In this document: piece by piece, positions 55,344 through 64,000 of the stretch
Layout of the letters: each line of letters opens with the position of its first letter
Numbering within the stretch: the first letter of the stretch is position 1
Assembly: GCA_028289375.1 (NCBI GenBank)
Contig: JANQQK010000028.1
Span: forward strand, 67,318-131,317
Length of the DNA stretch: 64,000 bases
Direction of reading: 5' to 3'
From: Phycisphaerae bacterium
Lineage (GTDB): Bacteria > Planctomycetota > Phycisphaerae > UBA1845
Translations under genes and position numbers: made by a program
Notes under the pieces: generated by a model
Database searches by the model: none
What the model saw: the letters and a program-made list of their open reading frames with translations, nothing else
Told to the model about the DNA's origin: nothing

Positions 55344-57314
55344 CTATTGATCGCCGGCCTGCATCGCCAGCTTGTAATAGTGACTGTCCATCCGCATTGG
55401 TGTGCTGTCCCGGTCGTCGGCCCAACGCAGCGCCTCAACCAGATTCGCACCATACCCGCGTTCCATTTGCTTCAACACCTCTTCGCGCCGACGAATCAAT
55501 TCATCGACCGGTTGCAGCAGCGTTGTGTCACGTCCGCCACCCTTTTCATACGCTGTGACCGCTTGCAGCACGCCTACCGTCGTCTCGGTCAGCGTCAGAC
55601 AATCGCGGACCCGTGCTACCCGATTCTGCAACGTTGCATCGCCACGCGCCGCGCGCTCGGCGTCCGCCACCGCCTGCCTCATTCGGCTGATCCGGCTCTC
55701 GTATCCGATCATGATCCTCGCCATCATGTCAGGCCCGCTGTGCTTTGCACGCTGGAATCGGCTCGCCGCTCTTTGGACATCGGCATCACTGGCCACCCAC
55801 GCGTCCCGCCAGGCATCGCCCGCGAGCGCGTAGAATCGCCGCACGGATGGCGCCGCAGATTGATACAGCAGTCCGTAGTACTCATCCATCGTTTTCTTCA
55901 CGTTGGTTTTCGGATCCCACAGCATCTTGGCGATCAGGTAGGATTCATGGCCCATCTGTTCCCAACCCTGCGGCAGATAGAGATAGCAGCCGCGCATCCC
56001 GGACGAATCGTACAGACGCATGGACGCCACCAACCGATCACCCATCGGCGTCGGCAGACCGTAGCTGCGTCGAATCCGGTAGCACGTGTCGTAGGCGTAC
56101 ACCCGATCGTGAAGTTTCGCCCACGCCGGAAACAGTTCCCGGGTAAACGCCCAGTTTTCGCGTTTCCAGTTTTCGCAGCAGAAGTTCGGCACGACCACCA
56201 ACGCCACGTTTGGATGCACGTCAATCGGCATGCGGGGCGGAAACAGATAGTCCATGTAGATGTATGCACCGACCAGCTTGTCGGGATACTCAGCCGTCAG
56301 TCGCTCGGCGACGGCATTGTAAAATCGCAGCGCGCGTCGTGACTTGACCGGCTCCTTGCCTTTTTGCAGTCCGATCGGCACCCGATAGTCCGGCTCGTCC
56401 CATGACATGCACACATCGCACAAGCACATCCCGCTGCCGTCGGGCGGTGAAATCGAGAACATGTCCAATTCCGGATTGCGGCGATAATCATCGATGGCCG
56501 CTTCAGCCACGATGTTGATCACCTCCGGGTTGCTCATGCATATGTGACCGCCGCTGGATCCAGGCTTCCTCGTCCGACGTTTGTTGCCACGCATGGCGGC
56601 GTATTCCGGATGCCCGCGCCTGGCCCAGACGTCCACGGGCAGGATTCGTTGCAGGGCGTGACCATGTGACATGCCGTGGGCCGCACCCAGCCGATGCCAC
56701 CTTGCCCAGTCGCCCTTGCGCGATCCTGCTGGACCGTTCGTGACCGAACGATACTCAAACCGAGGTTCCTGCTTGATGATCAGTTTCGCCGGCACGGCTA
56801 ATCGGCTTGCGTTTGGCACAATGATGCCCAGCGGCTCCTGCCAGAACCAGCGCACACCGACGAAGCGCTCCAGGAATTCGTAAACGCCGTTGCAGGTTCC
56901 GCGCAGAACGGGCTTGTAATAGTCGACCCTGTCACCGCGGCCCGCACTGTCGTGCCCGCGAATAAACAGATGCCCGTCGTGCGCCTGAATCGCGAATCCG
57001 TTTGGCTTCAGTCCGTCCGTCGACGAGATGAAAATGTGCTTTCTGCCGGCCCTTGGCTTTTTCACGATCGGCAGTGTCGCTCCGGTCGCTTCCTTCACAT
57101 ACTTCTGCAATTCCCGTCCGGCCAACCGCGTCGTTTCAAGCGCACCCGCTTCGATGACGATTTCCGCCTGTGCGACTCCGTCCTCGACGAGCACCAACTC
57201 CGCCCCGCCCCCGAGCGTCACCAGATCCCGCAACTCCCCCAGCGCGCAACCCGAAGTGCCCACCAGCAAGCCCACAATCCCCGTGAGTCCGATTCGCAGC
57301 AGTATCATCATCAA
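55344..57314 (-). CDS. DUF4838-like lipoprotein (glycoside-hydrolase-like, function unknown)
   Basis: Lipobox LLVGTSGC. GTCNGVYEFLERFVGVRWFW and the overall length resemble DUF4838 proteins. The family name is from memory and was not searched. Confidence 0.7.
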   Translation of the reverse strand: MMMILLRIGLTGIVGLLVGTSGCALGELRDLVTLGGGAELVLVEDGVAQAEIVIEAGALETTRLAGRELQKYVKEATGATLPIVKKPRAGRKHIFISSTDGLKPNGFAIQAHDGHLFIRGHDSAGRGDRVDYYKPVLRGTCNGVYEFLERFVGVRWFWQEPLGIIVPNASRLAVPAKLIIKQEPRFEYRSVTNGPAGSRKGDWARWHRLGAAHGMSHGHALQRILPVDVWARRGHPEYAAMRGNKRRTRKPGSSGGHICMSNPEVINIVAEAAIDDYRRNPELDMFSISPPDGSGMCLCDVCMSWDEPDYRVPIGLQKGKEPVKSRRALRFYNAVAERLTAEYPDKLVGAYIYMDYLFPPRMPIDVHPNVALVVVPNFCCENWKRENWAFTRELFPAWAKLHDRVYAYDTCYRIRRSYGLPTPMGDRLVASMRLYDSSGMRGCYLYLPQGWEQMGHESYLIAKMLWDPKTNVKKTMDEYYGLLYQSAAPSVRRFYALAGDAWRDAWVASDADVQRAASRFQRAKHSGPDMMARIMIGYESRISRMRQAVADAERAARGDATLQNRVARVRDCLTLTETTVGVLQAVTAYEKGGGRDTTLLQPVDELIRRREEVLKQMERGYGANLVEALRWADDRDSTPMRMDSHYYKLAMQAGDQ

Positions 57315-57375
57315 GCCCCGACCATCCTTCGATCCTCATGGTCCCGGTACGGCGGGATTTCTCGGTTCCGGTTCC

Positions 57376-57963
57376 TCAAGGCACCAGCCGCTCTCTAGCC
57401 CAAACACCATCGATCAATCGCCACATCCATCGATCATGCAATCGATCCTCTCGGTCGTGCCAAACTTCGACTTCGGTCGGTGTCACGACCAACCCCACGA
57501 CCGAATCCGGCATCGGCACATCTTCCACTTCGTCAAACCGCTGTTCCAACTCGGCCATTCCCGCTTCCAGGGTAACGCGAGACGGAACGGGTGATGTCTG
57601 TGCTCCGTGGACGTCGTAATAGTGCTCCAACAGTCGCGCTCGACGACCCTTCTTTGCCCACTGATCCGCCAGAATGGAAGCCGGCATCTCAGCCAGCACC
57701 CCCGTCACGCGAAACTGCCGACCCACCGTCGCCCAATACAGCAACACCGCGACCTTCCCGCCAAGCGACATCTGCCGCCACTTTGGTGACGTCCGACTCA
57801 CCACGACGCCAATGCCGTACGCATCCAGCGACCGCAATGCCAATACACGCATGGCGGCCACGTCGCCATCGACCGTCCCCCAAAAGCACACGTCCGCCAG
57901 CGGATCTTCCGCCGTCGTCGCCGCCTCGCGCGCTGTCATCATGTCTGCCAACGGGCTACCCAT
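57376..57963 (-). CDS. pyridoxamine 5'-phosphate oxidase-like FMN-binding protein
   Basis: RQFRVTGVLAEM and C-terminal VEVWHDREDRLHDRWMWRLIDGVWARERLVP parallel the PdxH RQVRIEG / EFWQGxxxRLHDR...L.P motifs. ATG 57963. Confidence 0.75.
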   Translation of the reverse strand: MGSPLADMMTAREAATTAEDPLADVCFWGTVDGDVAAMRVLALRSLDAYGIGVVVSRTSPKWRQMSLGGKVAVLLYWATVGRQFRVTGVLAEMPASILADQWAKKGRRARLLEHYYDVHGAQTSPVPSRVTLEAGMAELEQRFDEVEDVPMPDSVVGLVVTPTEVEVWHDREDRLHDRWMWRLIDGVWARERLVP

Positions 57964-58049
57964 TGCCGGCCATCCTAGCACGGCTGCCAAATTCGTTCAC
58001 GCGCGCTATCATGTGCGAAATCGTGCACCACCTGTAGGAGACGCCCGAC

Positions 58050-59279
58050 ATGACCCGCTTCCTCGTCATGACCCTGCTTGTATCGATCACATCCACGGTC
58101 GCAGCCGCTGAGCGTGCCTGGCCCCAGTGGCGAGGCCCATCGCGGGATGCAACTGTCTCACGGGATGCCGTGTCGTGGAACAAGGATTTCAAGGCACTCA
58201 AGCAATCCTGGCGTGTCGAATTGGGCCCGAGTTACTCAGGTCCAATCGTCAGCGATTTCGCCGTCTTTACGACCGAAACCGTCAACGAGGAAAAGGAGGT
58301 CGTCCGGGCTTTTGACCGCAAAACCGGCAAGCAACTCTGGGAAACCGAATGGCTTGGCGCGATGGAAGTTCCCTTCTTCGCCAAAGCCAACGGTGACTGG
58401 ATCCGCTCAACCCCCGCATTCGACGGCGATACACTGTATGTCGGTGGCATTCGCGACGTTCTTGTCGCCGTCAACGCGAAGACCGGAGACATCCGTTGGC
58501 GTATCGACTTTGTTGAAGAATATGGCACGCCCGTGCCGGGATTCGGGCTTGTCTGCTCACCGCTTGTGACCGATGACGCTCTTTACATTCAGGCGGCTGA
58601 CAGCTTCGTCAAGGTCGACAAGAAAACGGGCAAAGTGACTTGGCGCAAACTTATTCAGTCCGCCGGCATGATGTCGAGCGCCTTTTCATCACCGATCATG
58701 ACGTCGCTGCATGGTGTGCGCCAGCTCGTCGTCCAGACCCGTCAGAAACTCGCCGGCGTGAATCCCGAAACAGGTGACATCTACTGGGAACAACCAGTCC
58801 CATCGTTCCGCGGCATGAACATCCTGACGCCGGTGATCTACAACAACGGCATCCTCACCAGCACGCACCGCCGACAAACGTACTTCTACCAGATTGGCAA
58901 GAAGGGCGATGAGTGGTCGGTGGATCTGAAGTGGACGAACAAGGGGCAGGGCTACATGTCCAGCCCGGTCGTCGTCGGCCAGCATGCTTACCTGCATCTC
59001 GGCAATGGCCGGCTGAGCAGCCTGAACCTTGAGACCGGCGAGGAATCGTGGCGATCCGAGTCGTTCGGCAAGTATTGGAGCATGGTCACCGATGGCCAGC
59101 ACATTCTCGCCCTTGACGAGCGCGGCGAACTTCTGCTGATTCAGCCCGACCCGACCGAGTTCAAACTTGTCGACCGCACGAAGGTCTCAGACCAGGACAC
59201 GTGGGCGCACATCGCCCCTGTCGGCAACCAGATTTTTGTACGCGAACTCCACGCACTAACGGCATGGACATGGAATTAA
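58050..59279 (+). CDS. PQQ-like beta-propeller repeat protein, secreted
   Basis: AGGAG 10 nt before the ATG. Signal peptide MTRFLVMTLLVSITSTVAAA, then AWPQWRGPSRD and propeller blades. Paralog of 18367-19623. Confidence 0.85.
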   Translation: MTRFLVMTLLVSITSTVAAAERAWPQWRGPSRDATVSRDAVSWNKDFKALKQSWRVELGPSYSGPIVSDFAVFTTETVNEEKEVVRAFDRKTGKQLWETEWLGAMEVPFFAKANGDWIRSTPAFDGDTLYVGGIRDVLVAVNAKTGDIRWRIDFVEEYGTPVPGFGLVCSPLVTDDALYIQAADSFVKVDKKTGKVTWRKLIQSAGMMSSAFSSPIMTSLHGVRQLVVQTRQKLAGVNPETGDIYWEQPVPSFRGMNILTPVIYNNGILTSTHRRQTYFYQIGKKGDEWSVDLKWTNKGQGYMSSPVVVGQHAYLHLGNGRLSSLNLETGEESWRSESFGKYWSMVTDGQHILALDERGELLLIQPDPTEFKLVDRTKVSDQDTWAHIAPVGNQIFVRELHALTAWTWN

Positions 59280-59318
59280 CGCATCGGCGAACCTCGGTAT
59301 CATCGTCGTGGCACGTCC

Positions 59319-59678
59319 TCATGATTTGACCTGCGACACTCTGCACGAGCCAGCAAGAACTCGAAGCTCCACTTTGCCGGTATCTTGTCCGACAAATTCG
59401 GCAAAGTGGCGATGGTCAGGCTCTTCGTCGCAAGTTTCGAGAATACGTCGACGAACCTCCTCATTCTCGCGAATAAACACGCCGTCACAGTCTCCTCCGA
59501 CAAGGCCGAAGTCCTCAATCAATTCCACCTCCTCAAAGTCAATCTGCCAAAGTTCCTCGCGCCAGTCCAGGAACCGGAACATCGCAGTACCACCTTCCCG
59601 CCGTTGGTACTCAGTGAAGTGACCATCGGAATACGGAATCTGGTTGAGCGCATCCAGTGACATTGTGTCATCCTGCAT
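59319..59678 (-). CDS. hypothetical small acidic protein
   Basis: 119-aa ORF (alternative ATG 59663), D/E-rich, no signal peptide, no recognisable domain. Confidence 0.4.
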   Translation of the reverse strand: MQDDTMSLDALNQIPYSDGHFTEYQRREGGTAMFRFLDWREELWQIDFEEVELIEDFGLVGGDCDGVFIRENEEVRRRILETCDEEPDHRHFAEFVGQDTGKVELRVLAGSCRVSQVKS

Positions 59679-59751
59679 TTCTTATGGACTCGTCCAATTG
59701 CGGCGCCGATTGTGTTCGCTACGATCATCATAAGCAACCAAAGGACCCAGT

Positions 59752-60357
59752 ATGCCCCGCTACCACATCCCCAAAAAACGACACCGCGTTGAAATCAAAG
59801 CGGGCAACTCGCGCTTCATCGCGACCATCGCACCGGCGGCCACCATCAAGGACGCTCAGGCCTTTCTCAATGACATCCGCAGCGAGATGCCCGACGCCTC
59901 CCACCACGTCTACGCCTTTCGCATTGGTTATGGTAACAGCGTCACCGAAGCCATGAGCGACGATGGCGAACCATCCGGCACCAGCGGGCCTCCGGCGTTG
60001 GCGGTCGTGCGCGGTTCAGGGCTTGGCGATGTCGCGTTGGTGATCACGCGCTACTTCGGTGGCACGAAACTTGGCACCGGTGGGCTTGTCGCGGCCTACA
60101 CCGCCGCCGCGCAGGCCGCCTTCGCCGAACTGGAAACGGAAGAAAAGGTCGCCCGCACCCGATGCACGCTCACGATTCCCTACGCCCTCCTCGAACGCGT
60201 CCGCCTCATCTTCGCCGACTTCGAAGCCACCATCGAAAACGAGTCCTTCGCTTCCGACATCACGCTCACGTTTGATGTACCGGAGGAGAATCTCCCGCAA
60301 CTCACTCAGGCGATCCGGGATATGACCGCAGGCCAATCCACACCGATTCCCGTGTAG
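59752..60357 (+). CDS. yigZ: IMPACT/YigZ-family protein
   Basis: IKAGNSRFIATIAP..., HHVYAFRIG, DDGEPSGTSGPP, VITRYFGGTKLGTGGLVAAY (UPF0029 signature). Confidence 0.88.
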   Translation: MPRYHIPKKRHRVEIKAGNSRFIATIAPAATIKDAQAFLNDIRSEMPDASHHVYAFRIGYGNSVTEAMSDDGEPSGTSGPPALAVVRGSGLGDVALVITRYFGGTKLGTGGLVAAYTAAAQAAFAELETEEKVARTRCTLTIPYALLERVRLIFADFEATIENESFASDITLTFDVPEENLPQLTQAIRDMTAGQSTPIPV

Positions 60358-60396
60358 GCCCGTTTTTGTGGTGGCTGCATTCTGGCATCGATGTTC

Positions 60397-63300
60397 CTAC
60401 GGCGTCATGGCGGTTTGGAATGTGCCGAAGTCGAGCAGATCGATATCGGTGTCGGTGTCAAAGTCGGCGGGCGTGCAGTTCATCGGCAATCCCGGGAAGC
60501 CCGGCGCTTCGTTCGGACCGGTGAAGCACTGCGACTGAAAGATGCCATAGTCGACGATGTCGACATCGCCATCGGTGTCGAGGTCGCCGTCGGGGCTATC
60601 GAACTGGACGAATGTAACGGTCATGGTGGTGCCGTCGTGCGTGACCTGCGGCGTGAGTGAAGTCGTGCCGGCTGTGATCTCGACGGTGTCGAACTGCCCC
60701 GTGATGTTGGCGGCGGTGATGATGTCGACCGCATCGCCGGGGACTGGGGTGTAACTCAGAACGAGGTTTAGGTTTCCGCCCTGGATGTCGGCGTCTTCGG
60801 AAAGGGTGAGCTTGGCGTGGTCCTGCGGGTTGGTGCCGGCGATGGCAATTTCGAGGGTGCCGGAGGCGGATTGGGTGTAGTTTTCCATTTGGAGTTCCGT
60901 GGCTGGGACGATTGTGCCGCCGTCGCTGACGACCGAGCCGATGATGTTGCCGTCACCGGTGAGCTGTCCGCCGTCGATGTTGAGCGGGTTGGGGATCGAG
61001 AATTCGAACCGGTCGATGGTTGCATTGTTGAGGTGCAGGGTTCCGGCGGTCTGGGTGTAGGCGCCGTTCATACGCATTGAGCCCGATTGAATGTCGATGG
61101 TGCCGGTGTTGTTGATGTCGGAGTCGATGTAGGACGATGCGGTTCCGGCAGATTTGATGAAGGTGCCGGCGTTGTTGAAGGTGTCACCTGAGACGGAGAT
61201 GTTGTCGCCGGTGATGTCGAAAGTGGCGCCCGTGAGGTTGTTGAAGACGGCGCCGTTGATCATGCCGAAGGGACCATTGACCGTGGCGACGTTCGTATTG
61301 TTGAAGACGACATTGCTGAGCGTTTTCTGCGAACCGCCGGAGGAGATGGTAACGGGGCCGACAGCGTTGATCGTGTAAGGGCCTCCGATGAAATTTCCGG
61401 CGCCGCGCCATGTGGTCTGACCGGTGATGGTGATGGTGGAGGCGTGTCTGAGGGTTCCGGGGCCGATGTCGAACGTGTCGGTGACGACGGGGTCGCCGCT
61501 GTTGAATTCGACGGTTCCGCGGACGAGAAGTGTGTTGAAGTTGATGGGTCCGCCGATGGGGGCGTTGCACCTGGTGATTCCGCCGTACATGAGGAAATCC
61601 TGTCCGTAGCTGATGATGTTGGCGGTTTCGGTGAAGTTGACGGACGGGCTGCTTCCGCTGTTGTGGATGGTGGCAGTTGCGGCGTTGTAGGTTCCGCGAA
61701 TGTTGACAGTTCCGCCTGCTCCGTCGGCGAAGGTCACGGTGTCTGCATTGATGGAGGAATCTTCCAGGAAGTTGTGCCCGCCACCTGTGAGTTGGAACCC
61801 TGTTCCTGAGTTGGCAAGGACGGAGCCGGTGTGTGTGCTGCCGCGCGTGAGATTCAGCGTGCCGTCAATGACGTGCATGATGCCGTTGTTTTCGATGTCA
61901 ATGCTGATGTTGCTGACGCCGGTGCTGGTTGTTTTTCTGATGGTTCCGTTGTTGGTGATGTGGTCGTCGATCCAGCCAACGAACACGCCGAGGCCGCTCT
62001 GGTGCTCGTAGGTGGCACCATCTTCGATGACGAGTTCGGATGCACCATTGAAGTCAATTCTGCCCGTTGAGACGCAGTCGCCGCCCAAATGGAGCTTGTG
62101 GTCGAGAAGCGGGGTGACGGCGGAGAATGTGGCGCCGCCGTTGGCGTACGTGGTACCCGGACCGTTGAGCTGCGTGACGTTGCTGCTGTTGGAACCCTGC
62201 CAGTTGAAGTGTCCTTCAATATCGAGGCGATCGTTGACGCGGATGTAGCCCAGTGCGCCGGCCATGGTGAGGTCGCCGCGGATCCAGCTTGGCTGGTTGA
62301 TGGTGAGGTCGGGGCGTGGGAGGCCTGTCGAGATGAAGTTGAGATTGTTGAGACACGCCAAGATCTCGACGACGGACACGCCGGTGTTGTAGTCGACGGT
62401 GGCCGTTCCGGGATCGTCGATGCAGACGTTGTAGTGGTCCGGCGGTGAGATGTTCTCGATCCAGTTCACGTCGGTGTTCCAGTTTCCGTCGCCGCCTTCC
62501 CAGTTGACGATGTTCTCGCATTCATCGGGGATGTCGTTTTCCGTGCAGTCCTTGCTGACGCCGTCTGCGATGTCACATTCGTCGGGCAGAAGGGAGTTGT
62601 TGCAATCCGGTTTGGCTCCGCAGCCGGCATCGCTGCAGGCTCCGGGGGGAACGTCGCATCCCTGCGCGTCTTCAAATGCGTCGCAGTCCACATCGCAGAT
62701 GTCGAGCAGGCCGCTCCCATCACAATCGCGAATCGTGAACGGACCGAGCATGGCGGACTCGCCGGCCCAGTTCCCGGCGCAGTCGCGAGCCCGCAGACCC
62801 AGATACCATGTTTCCGGTCCCAAGCCTGAGAGATTGGCAGATGTGGACGAGAAGCAGGAATCCTGGCCTTCGGATGTAAAGTCGACGAAGTCGCTGGGGT
62901 CGGTTGTCCAAAGAACACTCCACTCGCACGCACCGGTAACGTCGTCGAGCGGTTGGTCCCAGCTGACGTCGATGCAGCCGGAGGAACCACCGACGCCCAC
63001 AGGGTGTGATGACGAACTGAAGCTGGTGACGGCCCCCGGCACGTTGGTGTCGGCGGGAAACTGGTTCGTGTATGCGGGGGCGACGTTGAAGGCCGTCTTG
63101 TAAAATCCGTTGATCTCTTCGGGGAACAAATTGAGAAAGCTGTTGATGAATTGACTGATCGTGATCGGATCGTCACCGATGGCGATGGCGATGATGGGAC
63201 CGGGGCCCATGTTCAGGCAGTCCCTGATGCCGTCGGAATCATGGTCGTCGTTGGTGAGGTCTTCAATATCGGTCAGCAGCGCGGCCACGAAGTTCTCGGT

Positions 63301-64000
63301 GAGGAACGGGTTGCCGGCTTGGCCGTCCTGACAGCAGATGCCAAGATTTTCCTGGGGTCTTGGAATCAGTGCGGTCCACGGATCGCCGTTGAGAAACTCG
63401 TATGCTTGGGGGAGCCGGCGGGTGACGTAATCGGCAAGCCAGTTGGGCCAGCCTTCATTCCACGCGTCGTGGTCGGTTTCGGGGCACCAGCCGCAGTGAC
63501 CGCAGGAGCCGGTGGGGTTCATGTAGCAGTTCGGGACGCCGGAATCATCATCGCAGTAGCCGTTGCAGTAGTCGGGGGTGACATTGACGGCGAACTCTTC
63601 GAGCAGGTGGTGGCCATACTCGTGGACATGCGTCCCTTCGTTCCATTCGCGGCGCGTGCCGATCTTGATTTCGCCATCGTAGAACGCGTTGTTGCCCTCA
63701 GGCCACTGCACGTCCACGGATGGAATGCTCGTGGGGAAATACTGGTCGATCTGATCATGGGCGCGGCGGATGCTGTTGAGGATGTGCATGGCCTGATCGT
63801 TGGTTGCGGGGACGAGGTTGCCGTAGTCAATTTCACCGCCGTCGAAGTCGTCGATGACGTCGTCGCTGGTGGTCCATGAATAGTTGTTCTCGAGGATGCC
63901 GCCTTCCTCGACTTCGCACTTGGGGTTGGTGGTTTCGAGGTCAACGTAGACGTCCGGGCCATTCGGGTCGCCGGAAGAGATCGGACCTGTGTCGAAGAAG
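60397..64000 (-). CDS. very large secreted multidomain protein (N-terminus outside window): HExxH region, Cys-rich Asp repeats, long beta-helix-like repeats, dockerin-like C-terminus
   Basis: The frame stays open upstream of the track's Met (63789) to the window edge. VHEYGHH at about 63607-63627, followed by AWNEGWPNW. LLDICDVDCD...IPDECE. Hundreds of residues of G/T/N-rich repeats. C-terminus DGDLDTDGDVDIVDY...DFDTDTDIDLLDFGTFQTAMTP. Confidence 0.85.
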   Translation of the reverse strand, partial: FFDTGPISSGDPNGPDVYVDLETTNPKCEVEEGGILENNYSWTTSDDVIDDFDGGEIDYGNLVPATNDQAMHILNSIRRAHDQIDQYFPTSIPSVDVQWPEGNNAFYDGEIKIGTRREWNEGTHVHEYGHHLLEEFAVNVTPDYCNGYCDDDSGVPNCYMNPTGSCGHCGWCPETDHDAWNEGWPNWLADYVTRRLPQAYEFLNGDPWTALIPRPQENLGICCQDGQAGNPFLTENFVAALLTDIEDLTNDDHDSDGIRDCLNMGPGPIIAIAIGDDPITISQFINSFLNLFPEEINGFYKTAFNVAPAYTNQFPADTNVPGAVTSFSSSSHPVGVGGSSGCIDVSWDQPLDDVTGACEWSVLWTTDPSDFVDFTSEGQDSCFSSTSANLSGLGPETWYLGLRARDCAGNWAGESAMLGPFTIRDCDGSGLLDICDVDCDAFEDAQGCDVPPGACSDAGCGAKPDCNNSLLPDECDIADGVSKDCTENDIPDECENIVNWEGGDGNWNTDVNWIENISPPDHYNVCIDDPGTATVDYNTGVSVVEILACLNNLNFISTGLPRPDLTINQPSWIRGDLTMAGALGYIRVNDRLDIEGHFNWQGSNSSNVTQLNGPGTTYANGGATFSAVTPLLDHKLHLGGDCVSTGRIDFNGASELVIEDGATYEHQSGLGVFVGWIDDHITNNGTIRKTTSTGVSNISIDIENNGIMHVIDGTLNLTRGSTHTGSVLANSGTGFQLTGGGHNFLEDSSINADTVTFADGAGGTVNIRGTYNAATATIHNSGSSPSVNFTETANIISYGQDFLMYGGITRCNAPIGGPINFNTLLVRGTVEFNSGDPVVTDTFDIGPGTLRHASTITITGQTTWRGAGNFIGGPYTINAVGPVTISSGGSQKTLSNVVFNNTNVATVNGPFGMINGAVFNNLTGATFDITGDNISVSGDTFNNAGTFIKSAGTASSYIDSDINNTGTIDIQSGSMRMNGAYTQTAGTLHLNNATIDRFEFSIPNPLNIDGGQLTGDGNIIGSVVSDGGTIVPATELQMENYTQSASGTLEIAIAGTNPQDHAKLTLSEDADIQGGNLNLVLSYTPVPGDAVDIITAANITGQFDTVEITAGTTSLTPQVTHDGTTMTVTFVQFDSPDGDLDTDGDVDIVDYGIFQSQCFTGPNEAPGFPGLPMNCTPADFDTDTDIDLLDFGTFQTAMTP

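Overview
GC-rich bacterial chromosomal window. Hand counts of single 60-nt lines give about 60-67% GC in core genes and 45-52% in a few islets. I infer a Planctomycetota/Phycisphaerae-like origin from gene content only: many PQQ-type beta-propellers, dockerin-like C-termini, prenyltransferase-repeat and DUF4838-like secreted proteins.

Main blocks:
- 1-8.9 kb: a SUKH-like gene, a secreted CBM-GH13 enzyme, a REP-hairpin cluster, small membrane proteins, an HI0933-type flavoprotein and secreted proteins.
- 9-23.5 kb: leucine-catabolism genes mixed with a TPR protein carrying eight near-identical 120-bp repeats, tRNA-Val, PQQ propellers, a thioesterase and an acyl-CoA synthetase. The leucine genes are a split methylcrotonyl-CoA carboxylase alpha, MCC beta and an enoyl-CoA hydratase.
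- 24.6-32.4 kb: a complete trpE-G-D-C-F-B-A plus DAHP synthase operon in which every junction overlaps. It is preceded by a 17-codon leader ORF with three consecutive Trp codons and a terminator/antiterminator set, which makes it a candidate ribosome-mediated attenuator.
- 33.1-51.9 kb: a large alpha-glucan/glycogen cluster with two secreted GH13 enzymes, an MFS transporter, two different GH77 enzymes, GlgP, GlgX, GlgB and a eukaryote-type GT3 glycogen synthase. No glgC or glgA is present.
- 51.9-54.1 kb: a decay zone with an integrase remnant and a truncated dockerin fragment next to tmRNA. Just upstream of ssrA sit three tandem small Cys-containing secreted ORFs.
- 54.2-64 kb: mtnA, a DUF4838-like lipoprotein, a PNP-oxidase-like protein, a PQQ propeller, YigZ, and a protein of more than 1200 aa (HExxH, Cys-rich, beta-helix, dockerin-like) that runs off the window.

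The most interesting items are the trp attenuator, the small-protein triad, a conserved 80-nt intergenic element present twice, the shared dockerin-like module, and the GT3-centred glycogen cluster. Everything was read by eye. No searches or folding programs were run.
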